Shown one piece after another: positions 27,913 through 32,000 of a stretch of 32,000 nucleotides of DNA. Below the pieces are notes generated by a model, which did no database searches, had not been told where the DNA came from, and worked only from the letters and a program-made list of their open reading frames with translations. The DNA is taken from the NCBI RefSeq assembly GCF_016592615.1, contig NZ_AP013043.1, forward strand, positions 600,001 through 632,000, given 5' to 3'. How positions within the stretch are numbered: position 1 is the first letter of the stretch; the number at the start of each line of letters is the position of its first letter. Made by a program: the position numbers and the translations under genes. The stretch comes from Isorropodon fossajaponicum endosymbiont JTNG4 (lineage in GTDB: Bacteria > Pseudomonadota > Gammaproteobacteria > PS1 > Pseudothioglobaceae).

Positions 27913-28656
27913 ATGAAAAAAGAAACAGATTATACCTTTGATAACGTACGTGTGGTTATGGTTAATACTACCGAGCCTGGTAATATCGGTGCGGCAGCCC
28001 GTGCGATGAAAAATATGAGTCTGCTGCGTTTGTATTTGGTTAATCCAAAAGGTTATCCATCGGCTGCAGCCACTGCTAGAGCTAGTGGTGCAGATGATGT
28101 ACTGTCAAATGCTGTAGTTTGTGAGTCTTTAGAAGAGGCTTTGAAAGGTGTGCATTTAGTGATTGGTGCTAGTGCACGTCAGCGCAATATTAAATGGCGG
28201 CAAATGGATGTCGTGGGTGCTTGCAGTGAAATTCAAAAAACCATTATGGTTGAAAGCCAAAAGGTTGCAGTGATATTTGGTACGGAAAGAGCAGGATTGA
28301 CCAATGAGGAGTTAGACTTGTGTCAAATACTCATGACCATTCCTGGCAACCCTAATTATTTTTCTTTAAATGTTGCCTCAGCTATTCAGGTATTTGCCTA
28401 TCAAAATTACGTTTACAACACCACAACTAAATTTGAAAAAAGTGCTAATAAATTAGCCAACTTTGACGAATTAGAAAGTTTTTACACGCACCTTGCTCAA
28501 GTGTTAGAACACATTGAATATTTTGAGGATAAGCGCCCCAAAGCTTTGCTAATGCGTCGCTTACGTCGTTTTTTTACCAGAGCGGCGCCTGAAAAAGAAG
28601 AAGTGGCAATTTTTAGAGGTATTCTTAGAAACATTAAGCCTTTTAAAAAACCATAA
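27913..28656 (+). CDS. trmJ: tRNA (cytidine/uridine-2'-O-)-methyltransferase TrmJ (SpoU/TrmH class)
   Basis: VRVVMVNTTEPGNIGAAARAMKNM...FGTERAGLTNEEL...IPGNPNYFSLNVASA are SPOUT motifs. I place the start at the ATG at 27913, because the longer track ORF overlaps suhB. Confidence 0.85.
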   Translation: MKKETDYTFDNVRVVMVNTTEPGNIGAAARAMKNMSLLRLYLVNPKGYPSAAATARASGADDVLSNAVVCESLEEALKGVHLVIGASARQRNIKWRQMDVVGACSEIQKTIMVESQKVAVIFGTERAGLTNEELDLCQILMTIPGNPNYFSLNVASAIQVFAYQNYVYNTTTKFEKSANKLANFDELESFYTHLAQVLEHIEYFEDKRPKALLMRRLRRFFTRAAPEKEEVAIFRGILRNIKPFKKP

Positions 28657-28692
28657 AAAGCCCGAAATCGGGCTTTTTATGGTTTTTTAAAA
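28641..28692. terminator. Bidirectional intrinsic terminator: perfect 24-bp-arm palindrome with a GC core
   Basis: TTTTAAAAAACCATAAAAAGCCCG-AAAT-CGGGCTTTTTATGGTTTTTTAAAA. The GCCCG/CGGGC core is flanked by A- and T-runs. It lies between the convergent genes trmJ and htpG. Confidence 0.6.
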
Positions 28693-28697
28693 ACTGA

Positions 28698-30548
28698 TTA
28701 ATTAATCAGTTTATTCATACGCTTTACGAATTCAGCCGGGTCTTTAAGTTGCCCGCCTTCTGATAAAACGGCTTGGTCAAATAAAACCTTTACCAAGTCT
28801 TCATCAATTTTGGTTTTAAGTTTTTTAACCAATGGGTGGGTTGGGTTGATTTCAAGAATTGGCTTGGTGTCTGGCACATCTTGACCTAAGGATTTCATGA
28901 TTCTTTCCATGTTGCCACCCATTTCATTTTCATCAGCCACCAAACAAGAAGGGGACTCGCTAAGACGAGAAGACACTTTAATTTCTTTAACCTGAGCATC
29001 AAGAATTTTTTGCATTTTTTCGATGACTTTTTCAAAGTTTTTAGCAACTTTTTCTTTGGCTTTCTTTTCTTCTTTAGAATCAAGATCTTCTAAATCGCCT
29101 TTAGCAATTGATTTCAGTGGAATACCGTCAAATTCTCCAAAATTACTCACCATCCACTCATCAACACGGTCAGATAGTAGTAGCACTTCAATATTTTTTT
29201 GGTTGAAAATTTCTAAATGTGGTGAACCCTTGGCAGCTTCATAAGTTTCAGCAGTGATGTAATAAATGGCTTTTTGGTCTTTTTGCATACTTTTTACGTA
29301 GCATTCAAGCGTTGCTGTTTGTGTGGCATTTTCACTTTTATTAGTGGTAAAGCGTAAAAGTTTTGCAATTTTGTCTTTGTTGGCAAAGTCTTCAACCACT
29401 CCTTCTTTCATTACCATGCCAAATTCTTGCCAAAATTTTGCATAATCTTTGGGTTTATTTTTAGCCATTTTTTCTAATTCTTTTAAAACTCTACTAACTG
29501 AGGCTTTGCGGATAGTATCAACCACTTTGTTGCCTTGTAAAATTTCGCGAGAAACATTTAATGGTAAATCAGCTGTGTCAATCACACCTTTAACAAAGCG
29601 CAAATACAAAGGCATTAGGGCTTCATTATCTTCCATAATAAACACACGTTTAGCATAGAGCTTAATACCACCTTTGCGCTTAGGTTCCCACATATCATAA
29701 GGCGCTTTTGATGGGATGAATAACAATGAGGTGTAGTCTAGATTACCTTCAACTCTATTGTGCAATTGAGTTAGCGGTGCTTCAAAGTCATAAGTAAGTG
29801 ACTTATAAAACTCATCATAATCTTTTTGCTTAAGGTTGCGTTTATCTTGAGTCCAAAAAGCATTGGCTTTATTGATGCGTTCATATTCAATATCTTTGCC
29901 ATCCTCTCTGGCTTTAATCATCATAATTGGCACGGTGATGTGGTCTGAGTATTTTGAAACAATGCCACGCAAGCGATAATCATCTAAAAATTCTTTTTCA
30001 TCTTTTTTGATGTGTAAGGTTACTGTCGTGCCAAAATTTGGACAATCAACACTTTCTATTGAGTATTTTCCCTTGCCAGTAGAGGTCCATTTTGCACCTT
30101 TTTTACCTTTACTGCCAGCTTTTCTAGTAATTAGTTCAACTTTATCAGCAACAATAAAGCTAGAATAAAATCCCACGCCAAATTGGCCAATTAAGTTAGT
30201 GTCTTGTGCTTGTTTTTCATCTAAGCTTTTTAAGAACTTCTTAGTGCCAGAATTAGCAATGGTGCCGATGTTCTTATTAACTTCTGCTTCAGTCATGCCT
30301 ATACCATTGTCAGTAATGGTAATTGTGCTGGCATCTTTATTCACATCAATGTGAATTTGCAACTCTTCTTTACCCTCAATCAAAGTATCATCTGATAAGG
30401 ATTTGAATTTTAATTTATCAACTGCATCAGAGGCGTTAGAAACTAACTCACGTAAGAAAATCTCTTTGTTTGAATACAAAGAGTGAATCATCAAATCTAA
30501 TAGTTGCGAGACTTCCGTTTGAAAAGTGTGCGTTTGTTTTTCTGCCAT
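28698..30548 (-). CDS. htpG: Molecular chaperone HtpG (Hsp90)
   Basis: 616 aa. FQTEVSQLLDLMIHSLYSNKEIFLRELVSNASDA...GQFGVGFYS... is the Hsp90 GHKL ATPase signature. Confidence 0.97.
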   Translation of the reverse strand: MAEKQTHTFQTEVSQLLDLMIHSLYSNKEIFLRELVSNASDAVDKLKFKSLSDDTLIEGKEELQIHIDVNKDASTITITDNGIGMTEAEVNKNIGTIANSGTKKFLKSLDEKQAQDTNLIGQFGVGFYSSFIVADKVELITRKAGSKGKKGAKWTSTGKGKYSIESVDCPNFGTTVTLHIKKDEKEFLDDYRLRGIVSKYSDHITVPIMMIKAREDGKDIEYERINKANAFWTQDKRNLKQKDYDEFYKSLTYDFEAPLTQLHNRVEGNLDYTSLLFIPSKAPYDMWEPKRKGGIKLYAKRVFIMEDNEALMPLYLRFVKGVIDTADLPLNVSREILQGNKVVDTIRKASVSRVLKELEKMAKNKPKDYAKFWQEFGMVMKEGVVEDFANKDKIAKLLRFTTNKSENATQTATLECYVKSMQKDQKAIYYITAETYEAAKGSPHLEIFNQKNIEVLLLSDRVDEWMVSNFGEFDGIPLKSIAKGDLEDLDSKEEKKAKEKVAKNFEKVIEKMQKILDAQVKEIKVSSRLSESPSCLVADENEMGGNMERIMKSLGQDVPDTKPILEINPTHPLVKKLKTKIDEDLVKVLFDQAVLSEGGQLKDPAEFVKRMNKLIN

Positions 30549-30590
30549 TTTTTTTTATTCCTGTTTTGTGCGTAAAATGTATCAATATGG

Positions 30591-31484
30591 GTGAATTACA
30601 AAAAAACAAGGGTTATTTTGCATAAACAAATTACTAATTTTATTCAGTATTTGAAAGTTGAGCGTCATTACGCCATTAATACGCAGCAGGCTTATAAGCG
30701 TGATCTTGAGAAGTTGTTAGTATTTGTACATAAGAAAAGTCTTGAGCAGTGGTCAAATCTTACCAGTGATCATCTTAATTTGTTTGTGATGGAGATGCGT
30801 CATCAAGACATTAGTGCCCGCACTATCCGCAGGAATTTGTCCTCAATTCGTGGATTTTTAGCCTATCTTGTTAATCATGAGCAGTTGAGTAATAATTGCG
30901 CCATTCATTTACAATGCCCAAAAATTGATCAAAACTTGCCCAATATACTTAATTATGACAACATACTACTTATGCTCAAGCCTAGATCAAACACTTGGCT
31001 TGAATTAAGAGATGTGGCAATGGTTGAGGTGATGTACTCTTGCGGTCTTAGAGTGTCTGAATTGGTTGCTTTAAATGTTAATGACGTGGATTTAAATCAA
31101 GGATTTTTGCGCGTGGTTGGAAAAGGCGCTAAAGTTAGGTATACGCCAGTTGGTAAGGCGGCTCAGCAGGCAATTAGTCGTTTGTTGAATCGCTCAAATC
31201 ATGCGTTATTTGTGAATAAAAAGCAGCAAAGAATAAGCATAAGAGCTGTGCAAAATATGGTCAAAAAACGTGCACTAGAGGCTGGTATTAAAGTTAATGT
31301 GTATCCACATATGTTACGCCATGCAGCAGCAACTCACTTTTTACAATCCAGTCATGATTTACGTTCTACTCAAGAATTTTTAGGGCATTCCAGTATTAAA
31401 TCTACCCAAGTCTATACCCATCTTGATTTTTTAGAACTATCCAAAGTGTATGACCAGTGCCATCCAAGGGCTAAAAAATCATGA
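30591..31484 (+). CDS. xerC: Tyrosine recombinase XerC
   Basis: ...RDVAMVEVMYSCGLRVSELV...HMLRHAAATHFL...LGHSSIKSTQVYTHLDFLELSKVYDQCHPRAKK. The C-terminal tail matches XerC. The exact start (GTG at 30591 or a downstream TTG) is uncertain. Confidence 0.85.
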   Translation: MNYKKTRVILHKQITNFIQYLKVERHYAINTQQAYKRDLEKLLVFVHKKSLEQWSNLTSDHLNLFVMEMRHQDISARTIRRNLSSIRGFLAYLVNHEQLSNNCAIHLQCPKIDQNLPNILNYDNILLMLKPRSNTWLELRDVAMVEVMYSCGLRVSELVALNVNDVDLNQGFLRVVGKGAKVRYTPVGKAAQQAISRLLNRSNHALFVNKKQQRISIRAVQNMVKKRALEAGIKVNVYPHMLRHAAATHFLQSSHDLRSTQEFLGHSSIKSTQVYTHLDFLELSKVYDQCHPRAKKS

Positions 31485-32000
31485 ATTTTCAGACCAGATT
31501 TGCAGTATCTTGTTTAAAAACAGGTGGTGTGATTAGTAATCCTACTGATACCATCCAGGGGTTGACTTGCTTGCCAAAATTTGAGTCTTCCATAGCTAAA
31601 ATACTGCAACTTAAACGCCGTTCAAGCGCTAAAGGTTTAATACTACTAGCCAGTGATGTACGTTATTTTATTGATTATGTTGAGGATGCTTCTTTGTTGG
31701 GTAATATAACAATGGGTACTCAGCCAACTACTTATTTACTCAAGGCGAATGAGCGGGCTTCTAAATTATTAACAGGTGGTTTTGATACAATTGCACTTAG
31801 ATTGACCAATAATCAACTCATTACTAATTTATGTGTAGCCACTAATAGTGGCTTGGTTTCAAGTAGCGCCAACATTACAAGTAAACGCAGTGCAACAAGT
31901 ATACTGGATTTAAAAAAATTCTTTAGCGATAAATTAGATTTTATTATCTCGCCAAAAACTTATAATACCCAAGCATCAAAAATTATTAATTTGCAAACTG
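31481..32000 (+). CDS. tsaC: L-threonylcarbamoyladenylate synthase (YrdC/TsaC family), 3' end outside the window
   Basis: The ATG overlaps the xerC TGA (ATGA). The frame is open to the window end. MNFQTRFAVSCLKTGGVISNPTDTIQGLTC...LKRRSSAKGLILLAS... shows the YrdC PTDT.yGL and KgR motifs. It is absent from the ORF track because no stop is reached. Confidence 0.75.
   Translation, partial: MNFQTRFAVSCLKTGGVISNPTDTIQGLTCLPKFESSIAKILQLKRRSSAKGLILLASDVRYFIDYVEDASLLGNITMGTQPTTYLLKANERASKLLTGGFDTIALRLTNNQLITNLCVATNSGLVSSSANITSKRSATSILDLKKFFSDKLDFIISPKTYNTQASKIINLQT

Overview
Low-GC chromosome segment that looks gammaproteobacterial (GC judged by eye, not computed). There are two intact backbone blocks. 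Block 1 (1-7157) holds pheS (partial)-pheT-ihfA, a hypothetical, an AI-2E/PerM-type permease, a small NIF3-insert-like protein, an AlkD-like HEAT protein, msrA-moeB and tRNA-Pro(GGG). Block 2 (22227-32000) holds plsC, gph-rmuC-yciK-like, a decayed IS3-family element, the divergent suhB/trmJ pair, htpG, xerC and tsaC (partial). Between them is a ~15 kb accessory island (7158-22226) that starts at the 3' end of tRNA-Pro and contains a second tRNA (Thr-UGU, minus strand). The island is a mosaic of eroded mobile-element parts: a frameshifted, truncated integrase fused in frame to a Fic domain with a degenerate active site; a type IA topoisomerase relic; an orphan HipB-like HTH gene; a 5'-truncated P4-type integrase; a small tyrosine recombinase start/stop-coupled to a ~980-codon IcmB/VirB4-class ATPase broken into four frames; and a purD-like relic. 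It continues with a dense run of four type II toxin-antitoxin modules around a phage-like module (promoter, structured leader, small ORF, overlapping Bro-N antirepressor-type gene) whose layout resembles the P1 c4-icd-ant immunity operon. Other notable signals are a perfect 10 x 11-bp tandem array between tRNA-Pro and the integrase start codon, an A/C-rich motif recurring at TA-module junctions, -10 boxes inside palindromes 7-8 nt from toxin start codons (possible leaderless mRNAs), and two abutting perfect palindromes between trmJ and htpG. I found no CRISPR array or rRNA, and no convincing att direct repeats. I cannot name a clearly new multi-gene system with confidence. The best candidates for follow-up are the c4/icd/ant-like module embedded in the TA array, the 11-bp array, and the recombinase plus ATPase pair. 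All homology calls come from reading the translations, not from searches.
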